Positions 47,322-56,733 of a stretch of DNA of 64,000 nt are shown here, in pieces. Position 1 is the stretch's first letter; every line of letters starts with the position of its first letter. Both the position numbers and the translations under genes were made by a program. This DNA is from Candidatus Poribacteria bacterium. GTDB taxonomy: Bacteria > Poribacteria > WGA-4E > GCA-2687025. A model generated the notes under the pieces. The model worked only from the letters and a program-made list of their open reading frames with translations. It searched no databases and had not been told where the DNA came from. The stretch is taken from the NCBI GenBank assembly GCA_963665845.2, contig OY762492.1, forward strand, positions 864,001 to 928,000, read 5' to 3'.

Positions 47322-49240
47322 CGTTTTGCCTCAATTTCTTCTCGCATTCGCTTGATCAATTCGGCCGGCGTCATGCCGCCAAGATTCTCGCCTTGACGCG
47401 ACCTCGCCGACACCTGTCCGCTCTCCATCTCTCGTCCGCCCACCACCAGCATATATGGAACTTTCGCCAGCTCCGCCTCCCTTATCTTATACCCTAATTT
47501 CTCCCGCCTCGCATCCACTTCCACGCGAAGCCCGTCCGCTTTCAGCTCTCGGCAAACCGACTCGGCATACTCGGCATGCGCGTCCGCAATCGGCAAAACA
47601 ACCGCCTGAACAGGCGCCATCCACAACGGAAACGCCCCCGCGTAATGCTCTATCAACACGCTAAAAAACCGCTCCGCCGATCCAAGCAAGGTGCGGTGAA
47701 CCATATACGGCCGCTGCGGCTTCCCGTCTTCGCCGACATAGGATACATCAAACTTCTCAGGCAGGTTGAAATCGAACTGGATCGTGGAGCATTGCAATCG
47801 GCGCTGAACCGCGTCGCGTATATGGACATCGATCTTTGGACCGTAAAAGGCGCCCGCCCCTTCGTCCAGCTCATACGGCAAACCCATTTTCTTGATCACC
47901 GATTCAAGAGCGTTTTGGGCGGTTTCCCATTGTTCAGGCTCTCCGATCGCCTTTTCAGGCCGCGTAGAAAGATTCACTTCAAAATCGTCATCGGCGAATT
48001 GGAACGCTTTGAGCATGTCGATGGCGAAACGCAGCGTCCGCTCAATCTCCTGCTGCACCTGTTCGCGCCGACAGAATATGTGCGCGTCGTCCTGCGTCAT
48101 ACCGCGCACGCGCGCCATTCCGTGAAGCGCGCCTGTCCGTTCGTAACGATACACCGCGCCAAGCTCGGCGAAGCGCATCGGCAGATCGCGGTAGGAGCGG
48201 AGCCTGCTTTTGTAAATGAGAATGTGAAACGGACAGTTCATCGGTTTCAGATAGTATTCCTGTTCGTCCACGCCCATCGGCGCGTACATATCCTCGGCGT
48301 AAAACTCAAGATGTCCGCTCGTTTCCCAGAGCGTTCGTTTGCCGATATGCGGAGAATACACCAGATCGTATCCGCCGTCGAGATGCCGCTCCCGCCAAAA
48401 CTCCTCAATCAAATGCCGCGTCAACGCGCCCTTCGGATGCCATAGAATCAGCCCGGCGCCGACATCCGGATGCGAGCTGTATAGATCCAGCTGCGTTCCG
48501 AGCGTCCGATGGTCTCTCCGTTCGCTCTCTTCCAAAATGCGCAGATGTTCCTCCAGCTGCGATTTTTTTTCATACGAGACGCCGTAGATGCGCTGCAGCT
48601 GCTTGTTCTTTTCGTTCCCGCGCCAGTACGCCCCGCCGGAGCTGAGCAGCTTGAAGTGGCGCACAAGCCCCGTTCGCGGGATATGCGGTCCTCGGCACAG
48701 GTCGACAAACTCCCCTTGACGATAAATCGACACCGCTTCGTCGTCCGGTATGTCGTCCAGCAGCTCGATCTTATACGGCTCGTTCATCTCTTCAAAGAGG
48801 GCGCGCGCCTCCTCCCGCTCCATCTCCATGCGCTCGGTGGCATGGTTCTCCTGGGAGATTTTCGCCATTTCCTGCTCAAGCTGTTCAAGATCCTCCGGCT
48901 TGAACGGCTCCGTGTCAAAGTCGTAGTAAAAGCCGTTTTCTATCGGCGGACCGATGGATACCTTCGCGTCCGGACGAAGCCGCAAGACCGCCTGCGCGAG
49001 CATATGCGCCGTCGTGTGCCAGTAAGTTTCTTTTCCAAGCGGATCGCTGAAGGTGTGAAATTGAACGCGCGCGTCCTGCGCGAGCGGGGTTGAGAGATCA
49101 ACAGGGCGCCCGTCAATGGACGCCAGCAGCGCGTCTTTAGCGAGCCTGCGGCTAATCTGGTTCGCCAGCTCTACGGCGGAGATGTTTTTCTCCACCTCTT
49201 TGACAGCTCCGTCGGGGAGCTGAACGCGAATCATCGACAT
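47318..49240 (-). CDS. thrS: Threonine--tRNA ligase
   Basis: TGS domain, WHTTAH, DLCRGPH, RDHR, KPMNCP, GAFYGPKID and HR motifs. Start at ATG 49240. Confidence 0.97.
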   Translation of the reverse strand: MSMIRVQLPDGAVKEVEKNISAVELANQISRRLAKDALLASIDGRPVDLSTPLAQDARVQFHTFSDPLGKETYWHTTAHMLAQAVLRLRPDAKVSIGPPIENGFYYDFDTEPFKPEDLEQLEQEMAKISQENHATERMEMEREEARALFEEMNEPYKIELLDDIPDDEAVSIYRQGEFVDLCRGPHIPRTGLVRHFKLLSSGGAYWRGNEKNKQLQRIYGVSYEKKSQLEEHLRILEESERRDHRTLGTQLDLYSSHPDVGAGLILWHPKGALTRHLIEEFWRERHLDGGYDLVYSPHIGKRTLWETSGHLEFYAEDMYAPMGVDEQEYYLKPMNCPFHILIYKSRLRSYRDLPMRFAELGAVYRYERTGALHGMARVRGMTQDDAHIFCRREQVQQEIERTLRFAIDMLKAFQFADDDFEVNLSTRPEKAIGEPEQWETAQNALESVIKKMGLPYELDEGAGAFYGPKIDVHIRDAVQRRLQCSTIQFDFNLPEKFDVSYVGEDGKPQRPYMVHRTLLGSAERFFSVLIEHYAGAFPLWMAPVQAVVLPIADAHAEYAESVCRELKADGLRVEVDARREKLGYKIREAELAKVPYMLVVGGREMESGQVSARSRQGENLGGMTPAELIKRMREEIEAKR

Positions 49241-49390
49241 GAGCGCATTCCATTTCCTGAGGACGCATTCGTTATAGAGAACGGCGCGCAAAACGGCAGG
49301 GCGTCTGAAAAGGGATCGTCGGTCATATGAGCGAGAGCGAACATATCATCACGAATCTGTCGATCGTACCTCGCTTTCGGAAATCGAAAC

Positions 49391-49467
49391 TGGTGGGCGG
49401 TAGTGGACTTGAACCACTGGCCTCCTGCATGTCAAGCAGACGCTCTAGCCAGCTGAGCTAACCGCCC
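49391..49467 (-). tRNA. tRNA-Val(GAC)
   Basis: GGGCGGTTAGCTCAGCTGG...TCTGCTT-GAC-ATGCAGG...GGTTCAAGTCC...CCGCCCACCA. Confidence 0.95.
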
Positions 49468-49472
49468 AAGTA

Positions 49473-49547
49473 TGGAGGCGACGGTCGGACTCGAACCGAC
49501 GAATAGGAGATTTGCAGTCTCCCGCCTTACCGCTTGGCTACGTCGCC
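49473..49547 (-). tRNA. tRNA-Cys(GCA)
   Basis: GGCGACGTAGCCAAGCGGT...GGAGACT-GCA-AATCTCC...GGTTCGAGTCC...GTCGCCTCCA. Confidence 0.95.
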
Positions 49548-49565
49548 GTGAACCGGCAAAAAAGT

Positions 49566-49640
49566 TGGGGCGGGCGACGCGATTTGAACGCGCGACATCA
49601 ACCTTGGCAAGGTTGTGCTCTACCCCTGAGCTACGCCCGC
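49566..49640 (-). tRNA. tRNA-Gly(GCC)
   Basis: GCGGGCGTAGCTCAGGGG...CAACCTT-GCC-AAGGTTG...GTTCAAATC...CGCCCGCCCCA. Confidence 0.95.
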
Positions 49641-49683
49641 ACCTGATCAGAACGCGATGCTCGGATCGTCGTTCAGTGTAGGA

Positions 49684-49712
49684 ATCATACACCAAGCGGC
49701 TAACGGAGTCAA
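49684..49712 (-). promoter_or_regulatory. Sigma-70 promoter of the tRNA-thrS-infC unit
   Basis: TTGACT-17 nt-TATGAT on the minus strand. Confidence 0.7.
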
Positions 49713-49838
49713 CTGAAATGCGTTTTTTTCGCCTGTCCATGCGGTTCAGCCGAAAAAATTCGCTCAACAGCGCCGTTTGAAAACGCTCTACTGCTCATGA
49801 TGCCGAACTTTCCTGCAGAATGCAAGCGGAAAGCGCGC

Positions 49839-50645
49839 CTATTCGCTTACAATCATCGTCTGAACGCCCGCCGATTCCGCCCGCTTCTCTAAATTCGGCG
49901 GAATGGAACGGCCGGCAACCGCCGCAATGACCGGAACCCCATACAAGACGCGCAGTACGGCAGCCGATTCTTTTGCCCGGTCAATATCTTCCGACCCGAT
50001 CGTGTACGACGATTCCAGCGCGACCCATATCTCCGAGCCGTTTTGCTTCCGCCGCGCCCGCAGGATAAAGTCGGTCTTCTCAATACGGACGTATTGGCGA
50101 TTCGTGATGCGCCCTTCGTTGAGCGCCTCGTCAATCGTGTCCTCCATGTCTTCATCCATCACATCTACGCGACTGGTCATCACTCGCGCCTTGCGCAGCC
50201 CGAATCGTTGTGATGCGATCGATTTGATGGAACGAGCCAGCGATAATTCTAGAGAGACGCCTTTCACAACCCCCATGTCAATGTTAATTTGCTTTATCTG
50301 AGTCTTGATATCCGCGATGTCCGCCTCCATCCGATCAAGGCGCTCATCTCGCGCAACCCCTTGCTCGATGAGGTCGGCAAGAACCGCCTTGATCTCCGCA
50401 ATGTCCGCCTTCATTACGGCAATGTCGTTCTCGATATTGGCGATCCGCTCATCCCGCTTTGCCCCTTGCGCCTTGAGCTCCGCGATGTCCGCCTTCATCG
50501 AGACGATATCCGCCTCCATCCTGGCAATCCTCTCATCCCGCTCTGCCCCCTTCGCTTTGATCTCCTCGATGTCCGCTTTCATCGAGACGATGTCCGCCTC
50601 TATGTTCGAGAGACGTTGATGGATTTTATCCTCTTGCCCGTTCAT
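49839..50645 (-). CDS. Coiled-coil repeat protein with C-terminal PD-(D/E)XK-like domain
   Basis: 28-aa repeats (EADIVSMKADI...GA.RDERI) and C-terminal TDFILRA...WVALESS...EDIDRA. Confidence 0.7.
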   Translation of the reverse strand: MNGQEDKIHQRLSNIEADIVSMKADIEEIKAKGAERDERIARMEADIVSMKADIAELKAQGAKRDERIANIENDIAVMKADIAEIKAVLADLIEQGVARDERLDRMEADIADIKTQIKQINIDMGVVKGVSLELSLARSIKSIASQRFGLRKARVMTSRVDVMDEDMEDTIDEALNEGRITNRQYVRIEKTDFILRARRKQNGSEIWVALESSYTIGSEDIDRAKESAAVLRVLYGVPVIAAVAGRSIPPNLEKRAESAGVQTMIVSE

Positions 50646-50697
50646 TGCCGCAATGTCCGTCCATAACGATTGCCGTTAAAAAGAAGCCCGCGCCTCC

Positions 50698-50726
50698 ATG
50701 ATACAGCGGCGGGGCGTAATTGTAAA
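50698..50726 (-). promoter_or_regulatory. Putative sigma-70 promoter of the coiled-coil gene
   Basis: TTTACA-17 nt-TATCAT on the minus strand. Confidence 0.5.
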
Positions 50727-50746
50727 GCGTCAGCCTTGGCCGGCGC

Positions 50747-52180
50747 TTAGACAAGTATCTCGCTCACGACCCGACCATGAACGTCGGTCAACCGAAAATC
50801 GCGCCCTTGGAACCGGTACACCAGCTTTTCATGGTTGATGCCAAACAGATGCAGCATCGTCGCATGAAAATCATGCACATGTACAACGTCTTTGACGGCG
50901 TTGTAGCCAAGCTCGTCCGTTCCGCCGTAGGAAACGCCCCCTTGAACGCCGCCGCCCGCCATCCACATGGAGAAACCCTTGATGTGATGGTCGCGCCCTG
51001 AGCCTTGCGCCATCGGCGTTCGCCCGAATTCGCCGCCCCAGACAACCAGCGTGTCCTCCAGCATCCCGCGCTGCTTCAGGTCGTTCACCAACGCCGCGGA
51101 CGCCTTGTCGACCAGCTTTGCCGACGTCAAAATCCCCTGCTTGATGCCGCCATGATGATCCCAGCCGCGGTGATAAAGCTGAATGAACCGCACCCCCCGC
51201 TCCGCCAGACGACGCGCAAACAGGCAGTTGGACGCAAACGACCCGTCCCCAGGCTTCGCGCCGTACATGTCCAAAACATGCTGCGGCTCATCCGACATAT
51301 CCATCAGCTCTGGGACGCTCGTCTGCATGCGGAACGCCATCTCATACTGCTGAATGCGCGCCGCGATGGAGGGATCGTCCACCGCGTCCCCAAGCATCGC
51401 GTTCAGCCGCTGCGACGCCTCAACAATGTCTCCCTGCCGCTCCATTCCGACGCCGTTCGGACTGTTCACATAATAGACAGGATCGCCCGTTGAGTTCAGC
51501 TGAACGCCCTGAAACTGCCCCGGCAAAAAGCCGCTGTGCCACTGGCGCGTCGCGATGGGCTGATCTTGCCCGCCGCCCGCCGAGATCAACACCACGAAGC
51601 CGGGCAGATTCTCCGACTCGCTGCCCAGTCCGTAAAGCAGCCAGGAACCCATGCTCGGACGCCCCGCAATCACCGACCCGGTGTTCATGAACGTATGCGC
51701 CGGGTCATGGTTGATCTGCTCCGTCACCATGGAGCGCACAATGCAGATGTCGTCCGCAATCTGGGCGATATGCGGGAAGGCGTCGCTGATCTGCTGCCCC
51801 GATTCGCCGTGCCGCTGAAAGCCATGCTGCGGCGCCAAGCAGGTCAACGCGCGCCCCTGAAGCTGCGCAATCGGCTGCCCCTTCGTGAACGACTCCGGCA
51901 TCGGCTTGCCGTTCATTTCGCCCAGCTTCGGCTTGTAATCGTAGGTCTCCAGATGGGACGGGCCGCCCGCCATGCAGAGATGAATGATCCGCTTCGCCTT
52001 CGGCGCTACATGCGGCTCTGTTATGACGCCGCGCCAGCGCTCCGCCGTTGATGCCGCCTGCGCCGTTGAACCATGCCGCAGAAGCGAGCCGAGCGCCAGC
52101 GAACCCATCCCTGTCAAGGTGCGTCCCAAAAATGTTCTGCGCGTCAAAGAATCTCGAACCCGTTTGTCCAGTTTTTGCAT
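50747..52180 (-). CDS. DUF1501 family Tat-exported protein
   Basis: TRRTFLG Tat signal, GGPSHLETYDYKP, GRPSMGSW, WDHH and WGGEFGRTP motifs. Confidence 0.92.
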   Translation of the reverse strand: MQKLDKRVRDSLTRRTFLGRTLTGMGSLALGSLLRHGSTAQAASTAERWRGVITEPHVAPKAKRIIHLCMAGGPSHLETYDYKPKLGEMNGKPMPESFTKGQPIAQLQGRALTCLAPQHGFQRHGESGQQISDAFPHIAQIADDICIVRSMVTEQINHDPAHTFMNTGSVIAGRPSMGSWLLYGLGSESENLPGFVVLISAGGGQDQPIATRQWHSGFLPGQFQGVQLNSTGDPVYYVNSPNGVGMERQGDIVEASQRLNAMLGDAVDDPSIAARIQQYEMAFRMQTSVPELMDMSDEPQHVLDMYGAKPGDGSFASNCLFARRLAERGVRFIQLYHRGWDHHGGIKQGILTSAKLVDKASAALVNDLKQRGMLEDTLVVWGGEFGRTPMAQGSGRDHHIKGFSMWMAGGGVQGGVSYGGTDELGYNAVKDVVHVHDFHATMLHLFGINHEKLVYRFQGRDFRLTDVHGRVVSEILV

Positions 52181-52181
52181 G

Positions 52182-55100
52182 TCAATACCTCGTGATCGTT
52201 TCGTGTAAATTCAACAAGACCCGCGCAACCGACGTCCAAGCCGCCAGCTCAACAGCGTTCAAACCTTCAGGCGCGCCGGACGCGCCGACCGCCGCCAGCG
52301 CTTTCGCCCCTTCCGCGTCTTCAGCATACGACGCGGCATGCTTCGCGTAAAGCGACGACATGACCGCCGTCTCTTCAGCGGTCGGCGCGCGGGAAAGCGC
52401 CTGACGATACGCCCACGCGATGCGCGCCTCCGGCGTCTCCGCCTCATAACGCATGATGCGCGCCGCAAACCCCTTCGCCGCCTCCACATAGGTCGGGTCA
52501 TTTAACAGAACCAGCGCCTGCGTCGGCGTGTTGGAACGGGAACGCTGCGCCGCGCATTCCTGACGGCTCGGCGCGTCGAACGCCGTCATGCTTGGATGCG
52601 GGAAAGTGCGCTGCCAGTGCGTGTACAGCCCGCGCCGATACTGATTCTCATCCGCGTCATGCGCATAGGTACGTTTTGGGAAATTCAGGTTGGAGTAGTA
52701 TCCTTTCGGCTGATACGGGCGCGCGCTCGGTCCGCCGATTTTAGTTGACAACAAGCCGCTCAAGAAAAGCGCGTTGTCGCGTATCATCTCCGCGTCCAAT
52801 CGGCGCGCCGACTGACGCGCAAGGAGGCGGTTGTAAGGGTCTCTCTCGCGCAGCGCTTCCTCTTCGCGCGACGACTGCCGATACGCGCTGGAGGTCGCCA
52901 TCAGCCGAACGATATGTTTCACGTTCCAGCCGCTGTCCATGAACTCAACGGCGAGCCAGTCAAGCAGCTCGGCGTTGGCGGGCGGTTCTCCCTGCGCGCC
53001 GAGATCGTCCAGAACGCGCGACAGCCCCTCGCCGAAGAAGACCGCCCAGAGGCGGTTCACAAACGCGCGCGCCGTCATCGGATTGTCGCGCGACACAATC
53101 CAGTTTGCCAAATCCAAACGGGTCGCCCGGCGCAGATTGACGCCCCGCATTCCCGGCAAAAAGGTCGGCGTGTTCGGATACACCACTTCGCCCGCGTCGT
53201 CCTGCCAGTCGCCGCGGTCCAGGATGCGCATAATGCGCGGCGGACCCGAAACGGTCGTGATGCAAAACGCGACATCCTTCGACGCGTCGGCGCGCCGCTT
53301 GCGCAGCGCATCCAGCTCCGAACGAATGAGAGACAGCTCCGGCGCAATGGAGCGGTAGTAAGCGTCCAGCGTCTCCTCCTGCGCCGCTGTCCGAACGGCG
53401 AGCGGAGCCGACAACGCCTTCAACGTATTGTCAGGTATGCCTTGACGGGCGATCTGCCCCTCGGTCGTCTGGACGCCGGTCTCGTCCCAGTACGCCGTTC
53501 CGCCAACCTGCGTGAACGCCATCCCGTTCACCTCGACGCCGGGTTTCAAGCCGACCGCTTCGGCAGGCGCTTCCAGACGAACCCACTCGCCGAGAGCCGG
53601 CAACGGTCCCATAGCGCGATGCGCGGGCGTGTCGGTTCCGATCCCGCCGTACTCGATCACATCCTCGCCCCAAAACGCGCGGCTCTCCCAGCCCTTCGTG
53701 TGAAACTGAAGCATCACGGCGGCAGGCGGATTTTCAGGATCCAGCCATATATAAACGTAAAACGAGTCGCCCTTGCCGACCTTCACCTTGCGGGACGCCT
53801 CTTTGAAGAGATGCTGCGTCAATTGCCCTGTCTCCGCCGTCTGCTTCCATGAACTGGCGCCGCGGAAGACCTGCCCCTCTTCAGCGTTGACCGCTGTCCA
53901 GCCGCCTTCGGTCTTGCCGCCAACGTCCAGTTTGTCGTCGATCCAGACCCAGTCGATGCGTTTGTCGGAGGCGAGGCGGGCTTGTGTTTCCGCCTCCCAT
54001 TCCGCTCTTTGCGTCAACAGTTCGGGTCGGTCTTCGTCGTAGAGCTCTTGAAAACGTTGGATCTCCGCATCGATTTCTGCCAGCGCCTTTGCCTGCTCCT
54101 CCGTCGGCAGATCGATGATCGGCTCCCATTTGCTGCGCCCGCGGTACACGCCGCGCTCCTCAATGTCCGCAAAAAACGCCGCGAAGCTGTAAAAATCCTT
54201 CGCGGTGTACGGATCAAATTTATGGTCATGGCACTGGGCGCAGCCGACCGTCGCGCCCATCCATACGGTCGACACGGCGCGAACGCGGTCCGCCGCGTAG
54301 ATGGCATGGTACTCCTTCGCCTGCGCGCCCCCTTCCGCCGTCGTCTGATTCAGGCGGTTGAACGCGGACGCGACCCGCTGTTCAACCGTCGCATTCGGCA
54401 GCAGGTCGCCCGCTAAGTTTTCCCGCGTGAAACGGTCATACGGCATGTTCTCGTTGAACGCGCGAATCACATAATCGCGGTAGGGCCAAACGCTCACATT
54501 CTCATCCGAATGGTAGCCCGACGTGTCCGCATACCGCACAAGGTCTAGCCAGTGCGTCGCCATCCGCTCGCCGTAGGCGCTCTTGCTCATGAAATGATCA
54601 ACCAGCGCCTCGTAAGCGTTTGGGCGCGCGTCGTTCATAAAAGCGCCCGTCTCTTCAGGCGTCGGCGGAAGCCCCGTCAGATCGAACGCGAGACGGCGAA
54701 TCAACGCGCGCTTCTCCGCCTCTGTGGACGGCTGAAGCCCCTCCGCCTCCAGACGCGCCAAGACGAACCGATCGATCGGATTCGACGCCCAGCTCTCGTT
54801 TTGAACCTGCGGCTGCGCGGGCCGCTTCGGCGGAACATACGCCCAATGCTCTTCCCAGACGGCGCCTTGACGCACCCACTCCGTTAGCGTATCGATCTGC
54901 TCAGACGTGATCGGACGGGGCGCATGCGGCGGCGGCATGCGGAAGTCGGGATCGTCGCTCCTTAGCCGTTGTACGAGAACGCTGTTGTCAGGGTCGCCGG
55001 GGAGAATGACCGCGTAGCCGTTCGTTTCGGCGAAGGCTCCCTCCTTGGTGTCTAGACGCAGCCCCGCCATGCGCTGATTCGCGTCGGGGCCATGGCATGC

Positions 55101-55229
55101 GTAGCATTTATCCGAAAGAATCGGGCGAACGTCGTTGATAAAACTAACGGGGTCTGTTTCCGCCGCTGTGAGAACGCGCGGCGCCATACAACACGCCGCC
55201 AATATAAAGAGCGTCAATCGATGCTTCAT
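52182..55229 (-). CDS. Planctomycete-type cytochrome c with DUF1549 and DUF1553 (PSD1) domains
   Basis: CYACHG, NPIDRF, WLDLVRYAD, CAQCHDHKFDP, ARAFVNRLW and TPTQALVLLN motifs. Confidence 0.92.
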   Translation of the reverse strand: MKHRLTLFILAACCMAPRVLTAAETDPVSFINDVRPILSDKCYACHGPDANQRMAGLRLDTKEGAFAETNGYAVILPGDPDNSVLVQRLRSDDPDFRMPPPHAPRPITSEQIDTLTEWVRQGAVWEEHWAYVPPKRPAQPQVQNESWASNPIDRFVLARLEAEGLQPSTEAEKRALIRRLAFDLTGLPPTPEETGAFMNDARPNAYEALVDHFMSKSAYGERMATHWLDLVRYADTSGYHSDENVSVWPYRDYVIRAFNENMPYDRFTRENLAGDLLPNATVEQRVASAFNRLNQTTAEGGAQAKEYHAIYAADRVRAVSTVWMGATVGCAQCHDHKFDPYTAKDFYSFAAFFADIEERGVYRGRSKWEPIIDLPTEEQAKALAEIDAEIQRFQELYDEDRPELLTQRAEWEAETQARLASDKRIDWVWIDDKLDVGGKTEGGWTAVNAEEGQVFRGASSWKQTAETGQLTQHLFKEASRKVKVGKGDSFYVYIWLDPENPPAAVMLQFHTKGWESRAFWGEDVIEYGGIGTDTPAHRAMGPLPALGEWVRLEAPAEAVGLKPGVEVNGMAFTQVGGTAYWDETGVQTTEGQIARQGIPDNTLKALSAPLAVRTAAQEETLDAYYRSIAPELSLIRSELDALRKRRADASKDVAFCITTVSGPPRIMRILDRGDWQDDAGEVVYPNTPTFLPGMRGVNLRRATRLDLANWIVSRDNPMTARAFVNRLWAVFFGEGLSRVLDDLGAQGEPPANAELLDWLAVEFMDSGWNVKHIVRLMATSSAYRQSSREEEALRERDPYNRLLARQSARRLDAEMIRDNALFLSGLLSTKIGGPSARPYQPKGYYSNLNFPKRTYAHDADENQYRRGLYTHWQRTFPHPSMTAFDAPSRQECAAQRSRSNTPTQALVLLNDPTYVEAAKGFAARIMRYEAETPEARIAWAYRQALSRAPTAEETAVMSSLYAKHAASYAEDAEGAKALAAVGASGAPEGLNAVELAAWTSVARVLLNLHETITRY

Positions 55230-55337
55230 CGCCGCCTACCTGAATGAGTCCTGCCTTGAATGATGATGCGCAGATTTTAAAGAAAAACCGAATGAAAGGC
55301 AAGCGCTGGTTTTTTGATCGGGAGGCGCCCCTTTTAA

Positions 55338-55361
55338 GATTCCCGCTTGCGCGGGGATGAC
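55338..55361 (-). repeat. CGTC-type palindrome
   Basis: GATTCCCGCTTGCGCGGGGATGAC. Confidence 0.8.
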
Positions 55362-55415
55362 GCAACATACAGCTCTGAAATGACGCAATAACGCGGACGG
55401 GAGAACAGGCGCGGC

Positions 55416-56444
55416 TTACCGCCTAGAGCGGCGCCGATTGTCGATATGGTTGATAAGATACGGGAACGGGTCAATCTGAACGCCGTTTCTCATAATCTCA
55501 AAATGAAGATGGTCGCCTGTGGAACGCCCTGTGTTGCCGACATATCCGATCACCTGATTCCGCTTCACCTCGGACCCGACCTTCAAACCGTCCGCAAACG
55601 GCTTCTTGGCGTTCAAATGCCCGTACACGGTGGAATAGGAGCCGTTGTGCCGAATGACGATATAGTTGCCGAGACCCTTGCGGCTTCCGCTCTTTGCGGT
55701 ATACATCTGCCGAACGACGCCATGCGCCGCTGCGATGACAGGCGTCCCGCCCGCCGCCGCCAGATCGATTCCCGCATGATGCTCATATTTTTCGGTGATG
55801 GGGCTGAGGCGCCGTCCAAAGTGGGATGAAATGATATATTTCCTGCCTTGGCTCGTGTCAATCGGAACGACGCTCGGCGTCGCTCTCAACACATCCAACT
55901 TAGAGCGCGTCATCTCCTCTAAGCCATGCAGCCCGCCGCGCAGCTGGTCTGCCCATTCAAACATCCACACAATCAGCCCGTCGATCTCTTCAGGCGGAGC
56001 CGACATGCCAGCCGTGTACGGTTCAGGGAACGCGTCAATCTCCCCATTTTCAACATTGCCGGTTGAGGACAGCGCATCCTCCAAAGGACCGCCGCCCAGC
56101 GGCAGCCCGCCGACGCCAACCGCCGCCGGCCCCTCGGTCATCGGCAAGCCTAGCACCTGCTCAACGTCGTTCAGAACCTGCTGTATGGAATCGAGCTCTT
56201 TCCGCATGCCGTCGTAGTTTTCGTTCATGGCGGCGTTTTCTTCTATCAGAAGCGCGTTCTGCTCCTGTATCTCGCGCGTGTCGCTGTATAAGCCGAACAC
56301 ATACGAAGCCGCCATGACCGCGCCCCCAAATGCGCATGCCAGAAGCAGCCCAACGCCCCAAAGTTGCCATGCGCCCAACGAAAACTTACGCGCGCGGCGG
56401 GAGCCGGTGGATGTCAAAAGAACGGTGAACGATTTATTGGTCAC
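55416..56444 (-). CDS. M23 family metallopeptidase (membrane anchor and coiled coil)
   Basis: HAGIDLAA, YGHL and GNTGRSTGDHLHFE motifs. Confidence 0.92.
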   Translation of the reverse strand: MTNKSFTVLLTSTGSRRARKFSLGAWQLWGVGLLLACAFGGAVMAASYVFGLYSDTREIQEQNALLIEENAAMNENYDGMRKELDSIQQVLNDVEQVLGLPMTEGPAAVGVGGLPLGGGPLEDALSSTGNVENGEIDAFPEPYTAGMSAPPEEIDGLIVWMFEWADQLRGGLHGLEEMTRSKLDVLRATPSVVPIDTSQGRKYIISSHFGRRLSPITEKYEHHAGIDLAAAGGTPVIAAAHGVVRQMYTAKSGSRKGLGNYIVIRHNGSYSTVYGHLNAKKPFADGLKVGSEVKRNQVIGYVGNTGRSTGDHLHFEIMRNGVQIDPFPYLINHIDNRRRSRR

Positions 56445-56541
56445 GAGAATCTCTATTCCTGTCTATCGAAATGCCCTCAACGCGCTGCAGCCCATGCGTT
56501 TTATTTTACCCTACTTGCCCGACAATGCAACCCTTTCGACT

Positions 56542-56672
56542 AAAAAAATACGCTCCGCCTGCCGGACCGACGACGACACGCAGGCGGAAATCTACAGTAA
56601 ACGCCGAACCTGTCCGCGTTCCTCCGCCGATACGCCCCAACTCAAGCGGCAGCGTCAGAAATTCCGCCTTTA
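56542..56672 (-). ncRNA. Candidate structured RNA or attenuator (unassigned)
   Basis: Nested and alternative pairings plus a T7 tract on the minus strand. No family recognised. Confidence 0.3.
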
Positions 56673-56733
56673 CTTTCATGCTCAAAAGACGCATGATTCC
56701 TAATCCGTTAACGTCAACGACGAAAGACGCAGC

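Noticed and set aside
49241-49390. T-box or ThrRS operator in the thrS leader
   Set aside because: No T-box consensus or convincing anticodon-like hairpins were found by eye.
49391-50645. Prophage or integrative island at the tRNA cluster
   Set aside because: No integrase, no duplicated tRNA 3' end seen, and the tRNA 3' side leads directly into thrS.
56580-56670. c-di-AMP riboswitch, SRP or 6S RNA assignment
   Set aside because: Only short fragments resemble the consensus motifs, and their order or strand is inconsistent. Left as an unassigned candidate.
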